DNA from: Betaproteobacteria bacterium
GTDB lineage: Bacteria; Pseudomonadota; Gammaproteobacteria; Burkholderiales; SG8-41
Assembly (NCBI GenBank): GCA_947476215.1
Contig: CANJQI010000003.1
Coordinates: 5,980-69,979 of the forward strand
Reading direction: 5' to 3'
Length of the DNA stretch: 64,000 nt
Part shown: in pieces, positions 28,472-37,671 of the stretch
Layout: each line of letters begins with the position of its first letter
Numbering within the stretch: position 1 is the stretch's first letter
Translations under genes and position numbers: made by a program
Notes under the pieces: generated by a model
What the model was told of the DNA's origin: nothing
Databases searched by the model: none
What the model saw: the letters and a program-made list of their open reading frames with translations, nothing else

Positions 28472-30394
28472 ATGAGCAAAGGGTACGGCGATCAAGAAAC
28501 CATAAACAATGCGCCCATTTCAGGAACCTTTTCTGAATTGCTGGAAGTAAGCCTGTCGCGGCGTCAGATTTTAAAGGGCGCATCCTTGCTGCCCCTGCTG
28601 GGTCTGCCGCTCGGCTGTGCCACCACGGCGGGCCCACCCGATTCCGGTGAGCTCGGGTTCAGTGCAATCAGCGCTTCCTCCGAAGATCGGGTACGGGTAG
28701 CGCACGGTTACGACGCCCGCGTACTGTATCGCTGGGGTGACCCGGTGGGCAGCACCGCCGGCATGCCGGTGTTCAAGTCCGATGCAAGCAACACTGCCGC
28801 CGAGCAGGCGCTGCAGGCCGGCATGCATCACGACGGCATCGAGTTTTTTTCGCTGCCCTATGGGTCGGGCAGTTCCGAACGCGGACTGCTGGTGATGAAT
28901 CACGAATATACCGACGACGGACTGCTACATGGCGATGGCTTCGCCAACTGGAGTGCAGAAAAAGTTCTGAAGTCCCAGAATGCGCACGGCGTTAGCGTGA
29001 TCGAAGTCGAACTGCGCAACGGCATATGGTCAGTGGCACGCCCTTCCCGTTACGCTCGCCGCATTACCGCGCGCACCGCGATGCGGGTTTCCGGCCCGGC
29101 GGCGGGACATGCCTCCCTTCAAACTTCTGCCGATCCGTTGGGCCTTGAAGTTCTGGGCACCATCAACAACTGCGCGGGCGGTTACACGCCGTGGGGCACC
29201 TATCTGACGTGCGAGGAAAACTGGAATAACTATTTCGTCAATACTTCGACCATACCCGATGAACAACGCCGCTACGGCGTCAATGCCAAGGGTTCCGGTT
29301 ACCGCTGGAACGAATTCGACGCGCGCTTCGATGCCTTAGCTCATCCCAATGAACCGAACCGGTTTGGCTGGGTCGTCGAAATCGATCCCTTTAATCCGGA
29401 CTCGAAGCCGGTCAAGCGCACCGCACTTGGCCGAATCAAGCACGAGGGCGCGGCACTCGCACTGACTGCCGACAACCGAGTCGTTTATTACATGGGCGAC
29501 GACCAGCAATTTGAATACATCTACAAATTCGTGTCGCGCGATGCCTATAACAAGGCCGATCGCGCCGCCAACCGGGATCTGCTCGACCACGGCACGCTTT
29601 ATGTTGCGAAGTTCGGCGCTGATGGCAGCGGGGAATGGATTGATCTCTCGCACGGCAAAAACAACCTTACCGCAATCAACGGATTCGCAAGCCAGGCTGA
29701 CGTATTGATCAAGACCCGGCAGGCGGGAGATGTCGTCGGCGCGACAAAAATGGACAGGCCGGAATGGACGGCCGTACACCCGAAGGATAAATCGGTCTAT
29801 TGCACGCTGACCAACAACAGCGCACGCGGCGCCAAGGACCAGCCGCGCGTGGATGCCGCCAATCCACGCGTCAACAACACGTTCGGCCACATCATACGCT
29901 GGAATGAAGACAGATCGGATCCGGCCGCCACGACATTCCGCTGGGATATATTTGTCATGGCGGGAGACCCGTTGCTCGCCGATGCCAACAAACACGGCAA
30001 CATCAAGGGTGACGTATTCGGCAGTCCGGATGGTTTGTGGTTCGACACCGCCGGCCGCCTGTGGATACAGACCGATGTTTCGACCAGCACGCTGGGCCGC
30101 AACGACTATGCCGGGATCGGCAACAATCAGATGGTATGCGCCGATATCGCAACCGGCCGCATCAAGCGCTTTCTGACAGGACCCAAAGGATGCGAAATCA
30201 CCGGCATCGCGGAAACCCCCGACGGGCGAACCATGTTCATCAATATCCAGCACCCCGGTGAAACCTCGTCCGAGCGCAACGACCCCGCGAATCCACAGGC
30301 TGTCAGCACCTGGCCGGATGGCCCCGAAGGAGGACGGCCGCGCGCGGCCACCATTGCCATACGGAAAACCGACCGCGGCGTGATTGGTACCTGA
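28472..30394 (+). CDS. phoX: PhoX-family (DUF839) Tat-exported alkaline phosphatase
   Basis: 640-aa ORF with Tat signal SRRQILKGASLLPLLG, beta-propeller PhoX-like body (MNHEYTD..., NCAGGYTPWGTYLTCEEN, ...RMDRPEW..., DGLWFD). SD AGGAG. Confidence 0.85.
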   Translation: MSKGYGDQETINNAPISGTFSELLEVSLSRRQILKGASLLPLLGLPLGCATTAGPPDSGELGFSAISASSEDRVRVAHGYDARVLYRWGDPVGSTAGMPVFKSDASNTAAEQALQAGMHHDGIEFFSLPYGSGSSERGLLVMNHEYTDDGLLHGDGFANWSAEKVLKSQNAHGVSVIEVELRNGIWSVARPSRYARRITARTAMRVSGPAAGHASLQTSADPLGLEVLGTINNCAGGYTPWGTYLTCEENWNNYFVNTSTIPDEQRRYGVNAKGSGYRWNEFDARFDALAHPNEPNRFGWVVEIDPFNPDSKPVKRTALGRIKHEGAALALTADNRVVYYMGDDQQFEYIYKFVSRDAYNKADRAANRDLLDHGTLYVAKFGADGSGEWIDLSHGKNNLTAINGFASQADVLIKTRQAGDVVGATKMDRPEWTAVHPKDKSVYCTLTNNSARGAKDQPRVDAANPRVNNTFGHIIRWNEDRSDPAATTFRWDIFVMAGDPLLADANKHGNIKGDVFGSPDGLWFDTAGRLWIQTDVSTSTLGRNDYAGIGNNQMVCADIATGRIKRFLTGPKGCEITGIAETPDGRTMFINIQHPGETSSERNDPANPQAVSTWPDGPEGGRPRAATIAIRKTDRGVIGT

Positions 30395-30424
30395 GCGACG
30401 GCGCGCTGCTTCTTTGAACCTCCC

Positions 30425-30577
30425 AACGCAGGGGACGCAAAGGACGCAGGGGTTCGCAGAGGAAAGCTTGTATCCCCAGTTTTGGGTGGTGTGCCGTCGG
30501 GCACTTGCATCCAGAGCTTAACTCGATCCAGATTTTTTTCCCCGCGCTCCTGCGCGTCCTTTGCGTCCTCCGCGTTG
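30425..30577. repeat. MITE-like element, family 3, copy 1 (~40-bp terminal inverted repeats)
   Basis: The left arm is AACGCAGGGGACGCAAAGGACGCAGGGGTTCGCAGAGGAAA. The reverse complement of the right arm is AACGCGGAGGACGCAAAGGACGCGCAGGAGCGCGGGGAAA. Confidence 0.65.
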
Positions 30578-30628
30578 CGAGTTTGAATTCAGTTCCCGAT
30601 GTCGGCAATGATTTACCGACTCTCTCCC

Positions 30629-31477
30629 CTATGACGTCTCGACGGCCAGGTTATCGATGTGCACTACGGAAGTTGGAGCAGACGTCCAGCGCACGAGCTG
30701 CATGTCGCCGTCCATGTGTTCGACGATGGCAGTGCAGCTATCCACCCAGTCACCACAGTTGATATAGGTGATGCCGTCTATCTGCTTGATCACCGGCGTG
30801 TGTATGTGACCGCATATCACCCCGTCCAGACCGCGGCGCTTCACATTGCGGACAACGGCGTTCTCGAAATCGCTGATAAAGCTGACCGCGCGCAGCACAT
30901 TACGCTTGGCATAGTCCGCGAGCGACCAGTGGCCGCTGACGCCGAGTTTGCGGCGGATCAGCGACAGTATCCGGTTCAGATGAACGAGCACGGTGTAGGA
31001 CACGTCGCCCAGAATGGAAACCCATCGATGGCAGGTCGTGACCTGATCGTACTCGTCGCCGTGCAGCAGAATGTAGCGCTTGCCGTCGGCAGCGATGTGA
31101 ATATGTTCGCGCACCACATTGATGTCGCCGAATGAGCTGTCGACGTACTCACGCAGTGCCTCATCATGGTTACCGGGTATCAGAAACACGTTCACGTGGT
31201 GGCGCGCCTTCTTGAGAATCTTCTGCACCACGGTGTTGTGCGAGGCAGGCCAGTAGACGCTGCGGCTCATTGCCCAGAAGTCGACAATGTCCCCTATCAG
31301 AAAAATATACTCGGGATCGTATTCCTTGATGAAGGACAGCAGCTGCTCGGCGCGGCAGGCACGCGATCCAAGGTGTATGTCGGAAAGGAACAGCGATCGC
31401 ACCCTGCGTACAGGAAGATCGGGGGCAATTGCAGTCTGGTCGTCCATGACTGACTGTATCGCTGACATGTCGTTCAT
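30629..31477 (-). CDS. LpxH-superfamily metallophosphoesterase, PlcP-like (candidate phosphate-starvation phospholipase C)
   Basis: 282-aa ORF with metallophosphoesterase motifs LSDIHLG, GDIVDFW, PGNHDE, LHGDEYD, GHIH. It deviates from the true LpxH context (GDLFxxWxGDD, GNRD). It has its own Pho box and sits next to dgkA and phoX. Confidence 0.65.
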   Translation of the reverse strand: MNDMSAIQSVMDDQTAIAPDLPVRRVRSLFLSDIHLGSRACRAEQLLSFIKEYDPEYIFLIGDIVDFWAMSRSVYWPASHNTVVQKILKKARHHVNVFLIPGNHDEALREYVDSSFGDINVVREHIHIAADGKRYILLHGDEYDQVTTCHRWVSILGDVSYTVLVHLNRILSLIRRKLGVSGHWSLADYAKRNVLRAVSFISDFENAVVRNVKRRGLDGVICGHIHTPVIKQIDGITYINCGDWVDSCTAIVEHMDGDMQLVRWTSAPTSVVHIDNLAVETS

Positions 31478-31598
31478 GCCGGCCGTCGATTCACGTCCGC
31501 CATATCCCTATTCATGGCCGCGATCAGCCTCTCCCAAAATTCTCTCCTACCCTTCAACATGCAATCCATTGTGCGCATGATGATGGACAATCGAGACG

Positions 31599-31631
31599 AT
31601 TTGATTAAGGTCGCATGACGGTTTTGTGACT
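31599..31631 (-). promoter_or_regulatory. Pho box and -10 upstream of the plcP-like gene
   Basis: The minus strand reads AGTCACaaaacCGTCAT (11-bp phase), then 10 nt, then TCAAAT. Confidence 0.55.
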
Positions 31632-31651
31632 GCAGAATGTTCGCAGAATAC

Positions 31652-32020
31652 TCAGCCGAACAGCACAATCAGCCACACCACGGGCACATTTATCAGGGAC
31701 AGCAGCACGGCCGCACTACCGAGATCCTTGGCGCGCTTTGCGAGCGCGTGGTCTTCGAGCGAAACTCGATCGGTGACGGCCTCGATACCGGAATTGAGCA
31801 CTTCAACAATCAAGACCAGAAGCACGCAGGACACCATCATTGCCCTGCCTGTGCCGTTAACCGGCATGAAAAAAGCAAGCGGAACCAGGATCAGTGCCAG
31901 CAGCACTTCCTGGCGAAATGCGTCTTCGAACCGGTAGGCCGCCGCAAGCCCGTCGAACGAATAGAACAAAGCATTGCATATGCGCCTGAGTCCGGTCTTG
32001 CCTTTATAAGGACTTTCCAT
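31652..32020 (-). CDS. dgkA: Diacylglycerol kinase (prokaryotic DgkA family)
   Basis: Start moved to MESPYKGKTGLRRI (32020). The 122-aa, 3-TM protein carries ...AFRQEVLLALILVP..., VEVLNSGIEAVTDRVS and AKDLGSAAVLL, the DgkA signatures. Confidence 0.88.
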   Translation of the reverse strand: MESPYKGKTGLRRICNALFYSFDGLAAAYRFEDAFRQEVLLALILVPLAFFMPVNGTGRAMMVSCVLLVLIVEVLNSGIEAVTDRVSLEDHALAKRAKDLGSAAVLLSLINVPVVWLIVLFG

Positions 32021-32042
32021 CCGGCCACCCCTGAAAAGGTTG

Positions 32043-32076
32043 CAGCTTAGGTAACCAAGATGACAACCGCGTGACA
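32043..32076 (-). promoter_or_regulatory. Pho box and -10 upstream of dgkA
   Basis: The minus strand reads CTGTCACgcggtTGTCAT (11-bp phase), then 10 nt, then TAAGCT. The box ends ~40 nt before ATG 32020. Confidence 0.7.
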
Positions 32077-32214
32077 GCAGCGCCGTAAGCCCAGATGGGT
32101 GCGCTATCCAGGGTCCGTTTACATCGCGAAATGGATGAATAAATAAGAACTTAGTCATCAAAATGTAATCTTTTAATGCGATAAGCATTAGACCGGTTGA
32201 AAACTTGGTGAAAT

Positions 32215-32421
32215 ATGGCCCGACACACTGAACCGGACGTGCTGTTTTCCCGCCTGCTGATAGCCGGCGTCAGCGACATGCTCAAGGAGTGGCGCAAGTT
32301 TAATGCTGGCAAGGCAGACGTGATCATCGAGCACGATGCTCTTGATACAAGTGGCCGCATGCCCAAGTATCACACCTCGCCTGATACCGACCGCAAAGGC
32401 GCGGAAAAGAAGTCGATGTAA
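32215..32421 (+). CDS. Possible small protein (68 aa), no recognisable family
   Basis: The ORF has G/C-rich third codon positions consistent with local coding bias, and GGTGA lies 4 nt before the ATG. There is no similarity I can recognise, and it may be non-coding. Confidence 0.3.
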   Translation: MARHTEPDVLFSRLLIAGVSDMLKEWRKFNAGKADVIIEHDALDTSGRMPKYHTSPDTDRKGAEKKSM

Positions 32422-32493
32422 CAGCCACCTTACGATTACAGCTCGGCGAGCCAGCCAGAGTGTAACCAAATCGTAACATTGTCGCTCTAGAAT
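32417..32493 (+). promoter_or_regulatory. Two in-phase Pho-box-like elements and -10 upstream of the STAS gene
   Basis: TGTAACagccaCCTTAC lies at 32417-32433 and TGTAACcaaatCGTAAC at 32461-32477. All half-sites fall on an 11-bp register (44 bp apart). A 10-nt gap follows, then TAGAAT (32488-32493). Confidence 0.6.
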
Positions 32494-32529
32494 CCGGTGT
32501 TACATGGCGGCAATAAAGGATACCGGCAC

Positions 32530-32868
32530 ATGAACATCGAATCCGAATCTTTGGACGGCGGCATACTCAAGATCACGCTTTCCGGCCGCATGGATATACA
32601 GGGTACACAGGAAATCGACCTGAAATTCAGCAGCCACACGGCCCGGCAGCGATCGGTCATTGTTGACATGAGCGCGGTGGATTTTCTTGCGTCCATGGGA
32701 ATACGCTCACTGCTGATGGTTGCCAAGGCAATTTCAGGGCGCAATGGAAAGATGGTGCTGTTGGGTCCTGACGCCGGCGTGACAAAAGTCCTCGAAATGT
32801 CGGGCGTCGACACGCTGGTGCCGATTTTCAGGTCCCTTGATGAGGCGTGCAAGGCCGTTCGCGTGTGA
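32530..32868 (+). CDS. STAS-domain protein (anti-sigma-factor antagonist / SpoIIAA-like)
   Basis: 112 aa from the ATG after AAGGA. LKITLSGRMDIQGTQEI...VIVDMSAVDFLASMGIRSLL...GKMVLLGPDAGVTKVLEMSGVDTLVPIF is the STAS fold pattern, with the conserved Ser in DFLASMG. Confidence 0.85.
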   Translation: MNIESESLDGGILKITLSGRMDIQGTQEIDLKFSSHTARQRSVIVDMSAVDFLASMGIRSLLMVAKAISGRNGKMVLLGPDAGVTKVLEMSGVDTLVPIFRSLDEACKAVRV

Positions 32869-32988
32869 CCTAACGAACACGTCACATCCGCATCCGTCAA
32901 GGCACCGAAAACGTCAACGCCTGACACCATGCGACCTGCACGTCCATATGCCAAGCTTCTTCCCGAAAAACACTTACCCAGAGAGCGG

Positions 32989-33021
32989 TGAAACAATATT
33001 GCAATATTAGTCAGGTAGGAT
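32989..33021 (+). promoter_or_regulatory. Candidate Pho box / 14-bp palindrome and -10 upstream of pstS
   Basis: TGAAACaatatTGCAAT (11-bp phase), then 10 nt, then TAGGAT (33016-33021). It overlaps the perfect palindrome AATATTGCAATATT (32995-33008). Confidence 0.45.
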
Positions 33022-33070
33022 GCGTTCGGTCCGTCAGAATCTAATTTACTCAATGAATGGAGTGCTATTT

Positions 33071-34117
33071 ATGAATTCCCAATTTATGCAAAGACTTATC
33101 TCAGGCGCGGCGCTGGCATTAAGCCTGTCGGCCGCACCCGTTGCGTTGTCGGCCGACATCACCGGCGCCGGCGCGACTTTCCCCTACCCTCTATATGCAA
33201 AATGGGCTGAAGCCTACAAGGCAAAGGCGGGAATCGGCATTAACTATCAGTCGATCGGATCGGGGGGCGGCATCAAGCAGATTATTGCGAAAACGGTAGA
33301 TTTCGGGGCTTCGGACGCGCCGCTGGAAGCTGCGCAGCTTGAAAAAGAAGGATTGGTCCAGTTCCCCATGGTCATCGGCGGCGTGGTTCCAGTCTATAAG
33401 CTGGAGGGGATCAAGCCCGGCGAAATACGCCTGACCGGCACGGTGCTGGCCGACATCTATTTAGGCAAGATCACCAAGTGGAATGCACCTGCAATCGCCG
33501 CGCTCAACAAAGGCGTCAATCTGCCTGACCAGGACATCACGGTTGTTTCGCGTTCAGATGGATCCGGCACCACGTTTATCTTTACTAGCTACCTTTCAAA
33601 AGTCAGCGCCGAATGGAAGGACAAGGCCGGCAACAACACGTCGGTAAAATGGCCGGCTGGGGTCTCCGGCAAGGGCAACGAAGGCGTCGCGGCTTACGTT
33701 CAGCGGTTGTCAGGCTCCATCGGGTACGTCGAGTATGCGTATGCCATTCAGAACAAGATGTCGTATGTATTACTGCAGAACAAAGACGGTGCATTTGTGG
33801 GGCCGGATGACAAGACATTCAGAGCCGCGGCAGCGAATGCACAATGGGACAAAGCACCCGGCTTTTATCAAATCCTGACCGACCAGGTTGGCAAGGAAAG
33901 CTGGCCGATCACCGGCGCAACCTTTATCCTGATGCACAAGAAGCAAGACAAGCCGGCCAATGCGCAGAACGCGCTCAAATTCTTTGACTGGGCCTACGAA
34001 AGCGGCGACCAGATGGCGCTCGACCTGGACTATATTCCGATGCCAGACAGCGTAGTAAAGCTCGTTAAGGCCGAATGGAAGAAAATTCAGGACGAGTCCG
34101 GAAAGCCGGTGTTCTAG
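33071..34117 (+). CDS. pstS: Phosphate ABC transporter substrate-binding protein PstS
   Basis: Start at the ATG 8 nt after GGAG. Signal peptide, then ADITGAGATFPYPLYAKWAEAYK...GSGGGIKQI...SDGSGTTF. Confidence 0.93.
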   Translation: MNSQFMQRLISGAALALSLSAAPVALSADITGAGATFPYPLYAKWAEAYKAKAGIGINYQSIGSGGGIKQIIAKTVDFGASDAPLEAAQLEKEGLVQFPMVIGGVVPVYKLEGIKPGEIRLTGTVLADIYLGKITKWNAPAIAALNKGVNLPDQDITVVSRSDGSGTTFIFTSYLSKVSAEWKDKAGNNTSVKWPAGVSGKGNEGVAAYVQRLSGSIGYVEYAYAIQNKMSYVLLQNKDGAFVGPDDKTFRAAAANAQWDKAPGFYQILTDQVGKESWPITGATFILMHKKQDKPANAQNALKFFDWAYESGDQMALDLDYIPMPDSVVKLVKAEWKKIQDESGKPVF

Positions 34118-34144
34118 CGTATTGCTTTTCCAGACTCAACGCTC

Positions 34145-34172
34145 TCGCGAGGGGCCTTTTCGGGCTCCTCGC
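34145..34172 (+). terminator. GC-rich hairpin between pstS and pstC (likely partial terminator/attenuator)
   Basis: cgcgaggggcc-tttt-cgggctcctcgcg lies 28 nt after the pstS stop. Only a weak T tract follows. Confidence 0.4.
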
Positions 34173-34189
34173 GCCTTTCAGGGGATGCC

Positions 34190-35209
34190 ATGTCTACAAC
34201 TGAAGCAGCGCTGAACGCACCGCAAATGCTGAAGGTTGCGCAACAATCAACTTATAATCAGGAACCGAAGCCGACAACGAGGCGAGCCTGGATGGACACG
34301 CTATTCAAAAACCTGACGCGTTTTTTCGCATTCTTCGTATTAGCGATACTGGTCGCCATTTTACTGTCGCTGGTTTATCACAGCCAGCTTACACTGAGTA
34401 AATTTGGTTTCGGTTTCCTGTTTGTAGATGAATGGGACCCCGTTAAAGAGGAGTTCGGCGCATTGGTTCCGATTTACGGAACGCTCGTCAGCTCCGCCAT
34501 CGCCATGATCATCGGCATACCGGTGAGCTTCGGTATTGCCCTGTTTCTGACAGAATTGTCGCCGAACTGGCTTAAGCGCCCGCTCGGCACGGCAATCGAA
34601 ATGCTGGCGGCGATTCCGAGCATCATCTACGGCATGTGGGGACTGTTTGTTTTTGCCCCGCTATTTGCGGACTACGTCCAGCCCGCACTGATCAAGACCT
34701 TTGGCGCGTTGCCTATATTCGGGATGTTGTTCAAGGGCCCCGCGATGGGCATAGGTATGTTGACCGCAGGCATCATACTGGCGATCATGGTCATACCCTT
34801 TATCACGGCCATCATGCGCGACGTGTTCGAACTGGTGCCCCCCATGCTCAAGGAGTCCGCATACGGCCTCGGCGCCACAACCTGGGAAGTGGCGTGGAAA
34901 ATCGTGCTGCCGTACACCAAGATCGGCGTGGTGGGGGGCATCATGCTGGGGTTGGGACGCGCGCTCGGCGAAACCATGGCTGTAACCTTTGTCATCGGTA
35001 ATGCGCATCGCCTGAGCACCTCGTTGCTCGCGCCCGGCAACAGCATTGCATCGTCTCTGTCCAACGAGTTTACGGAAGCGGTTGGCGACCTTCATTCATC
35101 GGCGTTGATCGAACTGGGCCTGATCCTGTTCCTGATCACCACCATCGTGCTTGCGCTGTCGAAACTGCTGCTGCAGCAACTAGCAAAACAGGAAGGCCGG
35201 AAAACGTAG
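34190..35209 (+). CDS. pstC: Phosphate ABC transporter permease PstC
   Basis: 339-aa polytopic ORF with the EAA-type loop ([14 protein letters not shown]). Confidence 0.9.
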   Translation: MSTTEAALNAPQMLKVAQQSTYNQEPKPTTRRAWMDTLFKNLTRFFAFFVLAILVAILLSLVYHSQLTLSKFGFGFLFVDEWDPVKEEFGALVPIYGTLVSSAIAMIIGIPVSFGIALFLTELSPNWLKRPLGTAIEMLAAIPSIIYGMWGLFVFAPLFADYVQPALIKTFGALPIFGMLFKGPAMGIGMLTAGIILAIMVIPFITAIMRDVFELVPPMLKESAYGLGATTWEVAWKIVLPYTKIGVVGGIMLGLGRALGETMAVTFVIGNAHRLSTSLLAPGNSIASSLSNEFTEAVGDLHSSALIELGLILFLITTIVLALSKLLLQQLAKQEGRKT

Positions 35210-35268
35210 CGTACAAAGCCAGATGAAGCACGAGTGCTTCATCTGGTGCCGCACACATAGGATCATTC

Positions 35269-36108
35269 ATGGTAAATGCAATTTACATACGCAGGCGCAG
35301 ACTGAACAAGCTCATGCTGCTGATTTCCGGCGCGACCATTGTGTTCGGCCTGTTCTGGCTGACGTGGATACTGGCCACACTTCTATATCAGGGATTCGTC
35401 GCTCTGCGCCCGTCGCTGTTTACCCAGATGACCCCCCCGCCGGGCAGCGACGGCGGACTGCTTAACGCCATTGCCGGCAGCTTCATGATGGCCGCCACCG
35501 GCACGATCATCGGCACTCCTGTCGGCATACTGGCCGGCACCTATCTGGCCGAATTCGGCCGTCGCGGCTGGCTGGCGCCGGCAACCCGTTTTATCAACGA
35601 CATTCTGCTCTCCGCGCCGTCCATTGTTATCGGCCTGTTGGTGTACTCGGTCTATGTGTCGCAGGTCAAGCATTTTTCCGGTTGGGGCGGGGCGCTGGCA
35701 TTGGCGCTGATTGTGATTCCGGTGGTGGTGAGAACCACCGACGACATGCTCAAGCTGGTGCCCGACAGTCTGCGTGAAGCGGCGTTTGCTCTCGGCGCGC
35801 CATACTGGAAAATGATAGTGTTCGTGTCCTATCCCGCGGCCAAGGCCGGCATGATTACCGGCATACTGCTTGCGGTGGCGCGCATCAGCGGCGAAACCGC
35901 ACCGCTGCTCTTCACGTCTCTTAACAATCAATTTTGGTCCACCGACATGAACGCGCCGATGGCCAATCTTCCCGTCGTCATTTTCCAGTTCGCGATGAGC
36001 CCCTACGAAGACTGGCAACGATTGGCGTGGGGCGGCGCGATATTGATTACGTTCGGTGTGCTGGCGCTGAATATCGCAGCGCGTCTGGTCAGCCGCGGCA
36101 AGAACTAG
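35269..36108 (+). CDS. pstA: Phosphate ABC transporter permease PstA
   Basis: 279-aa polytopic ORF ([15 protein letters not shown]). Confidence 0.9.
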   Translation: MVNAIYIRRRRLNKLMLLISGATIVFGLFWLTWILATLLYQGFVALRPSLFTQMTPPPGSDGGLLNAIAGSFMMAATGTIIGTPVGILAGTYLAEFGRRGWLAPATRFINDILLSAPSIVIGLLVYSVYVSQVKHFSGWGGALALALIVIPVVVRTTDDMLKLVPDSLREAAFALGAPYWKMIVFVSYPAAKAGMITGILLAVARISGETAPLLFTSLNNQFWSTDMNAPMANLPVVIFQFAMSPYEDWQRLAWGGAILITFGVLALNIAARLVSRGKN

Positions 36109-36131
36109 GAAGCAAAACAGGAATATCCGAT

Positions 36132-36920
36132 ATGAACGAAGAATTGAACGAAGAATTGCATATGGCGTCGCCGAAACTCAAGATCAACAGCCTGAATTTT
36201 TACTATGGCGGATTTCAAGCGATCAAGAATGTGTCCATGGATATTCCGGCAGGTCAGGTAACCGCATTCATCGGTCCATCGGGTTGCGGAAAATCGACTT
36301 TATTGCGTACCTTCAACCGCCTGTACGAGCTATATCCTGGGCAGCGCGCCGAGGGCGAGATACTGCTCGATGGAAACGATATCCTTGATGAAAAACAGGA
36401 TCTTACGCTACTGCGCGCCAAGGTCGGCATGGTCTTTCAGAAGCCGACGCCGTTCCCGATGTCGATCTACGACAACATTGCTTTCGGCGTGCGCCTTTAC
36501 GAAAACCTCAACCGTCATGACATGGACGATCGTGTTGAATGGGCGCTGACCAAGGCCGCGCTCTGGAAAGAGGCCAGGGACAAGCTCAATCAAAACGGCA
36601 ACAGCCTGTCCGGCGGCCAGCAACAGCGCTTGTGCATTGCGCGCGGCATCGCGATCAAACCGGAAGTATTACTGCTCGACGAGCCCTGTTCCGCGCTCGA
36701 TCCGATTTCAACTGCCCGAATTGAAGAGCTGATCCATGAATTGAAGGCCGACTATACGGTTGTAATCGTCACGCATAACATGCAGCAGGCGGCCCGCGTT
36801 TCGGATTTCACCGCCTATATGTACCTGGGAGAGATGATCGAATTTGGCGCGACCGACAAGATTTTCACGACGCCAAAACAGAAAGCAACCGAAGACTACA
36901 TCACCGGCAAGTTCGGCTGA
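36132..36920 (+). CDS. pstB: Phosphate ABC transporter ATP-binding protein PstB
   Basis: Walker [10 protein letters not shown], signature LSGGQQQRL, Walker B LLLDEP. The N-terminus holds a 12-bp tandem duplication (NEELNEEL). An alternative start is at 36162. Confidence 0.92.
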   Translation: MNEELNEELHMASPKLKINSLNFYYGGFQAIKNVSMDIPAGQVTAFIGPSGCGKSTLLRTFNRLYELYPGQRAEGEILLDGNDILDEKQDLTLLRAKVGMVFQKPTPFPMSIYDNIAFGVRLYENLNRHDMDDRVEWALTKAALWKEARDKLNQNGNSLSGGQQQRLCIARGIAIKPEVLLLDEPCSALDPISTARIEELIHELKADYTVVIVTHNMQQAARVSDFTAYMYLGEMIEFGATDKIFTTPKQKATEDYITGKFG

Positions 36921-36948
36921 TCCGATAACCGCTGGCAGGAGAAGAACT

Positions 36949-37671
36949 ATGCAGAATGATCACACCTCGTCGCAGTTTGACACCGAAATGGAAACCCTGC
37001 GCAGCAGCGTGCTGAACATGGGCGGACTGGTCGAGCGCCAGTTGCAGCGCGCCCTGGACGCGGTCAAGGGCGGGGACTCCGCACCGGCAAATCTGGTAAT
37101 GACAGATGAGCAACTGGTAAACGAAATGCAGATGAATATCGACAAATTGTGCGCTGAAGTGATCGCGCGCCGGCAGCCTGCCGCAGGCGATCTGCGCACG
37201 GTTATTGCGGTCGGTCAAACGGTCAATGATCTTGAGCGCATGGGCGACGAAGCAAAGAAAATTGCGCGCAAGGCGACGGAGATCTATGGTGAAGGCGCCA
37301 GTACACGTGATCGCAGGAACTCACTGGTGCATTATTCCGAGATCGGCCACATCGGGCAGCTTGCACAATCCATGCTGCAGATGGCCCTCGACGCATATGC
37401 GCGCAAGGATCTGGTCGTGGCCGCCGAAGTCGTCACGCGGGACAAGCAAGTCGACAGCGAATTCCAGGCCGTCATGCGCCAGCTTATCAGCTACATGATG
37501 GAGGACCCGCGCACCATTTCCTCCGTGCTTGACGTTATTTTTGTCGCCAAGTCATTGGAGCGCATCGGAGACCACGCAAAAAATATCGCCGAATACGTGG
37601 TGCAGGTTGTCAAAGGCAAGGACATGCGGCACGCCACCGCCGAGGAAATTCAGCGCGAAGCCGCGAGCTGA
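36949..37671 (+). CDS. phoU: Phosphate signalling complex protein PhoU
   Basis: Start at the ATG after AGGAGAAG. Two PhoU repeats are present (DLERMGDEA, SLERIGDHAKNIAE). Confidence 0.92.
   Translation: MQNDHTSSQFDTEMETLRSSVLNMGGLVERQLQRALDAVKGGDSAPANLVMTDEQLVNEMQMNIDKLCAEVIARRQPAAGDLRTVIAVGQTVNDLERMGDEAKKIARKATEIYGEGASTRDRRNSLVHYSEIGHIGQLAQSMLQMALDAYARKDLVVAAEVVTRDKQVDSEFQAVMRQLISYMMEDPRTISSVLDVIFVAKSLERIGDHAKNIAEYVVQVVKGKDMRHATAEEIQREAAS

Noticed and set aside
32880-32930. GTCAC/GTCAA motifs downstream of the STAS gene as a possible pstS Pho box
   Set aside because: The spacings are 15 and 17 bp rather than 11 bp, and no -10 lies at the expected distance. The better candidate is at 32989-33021.
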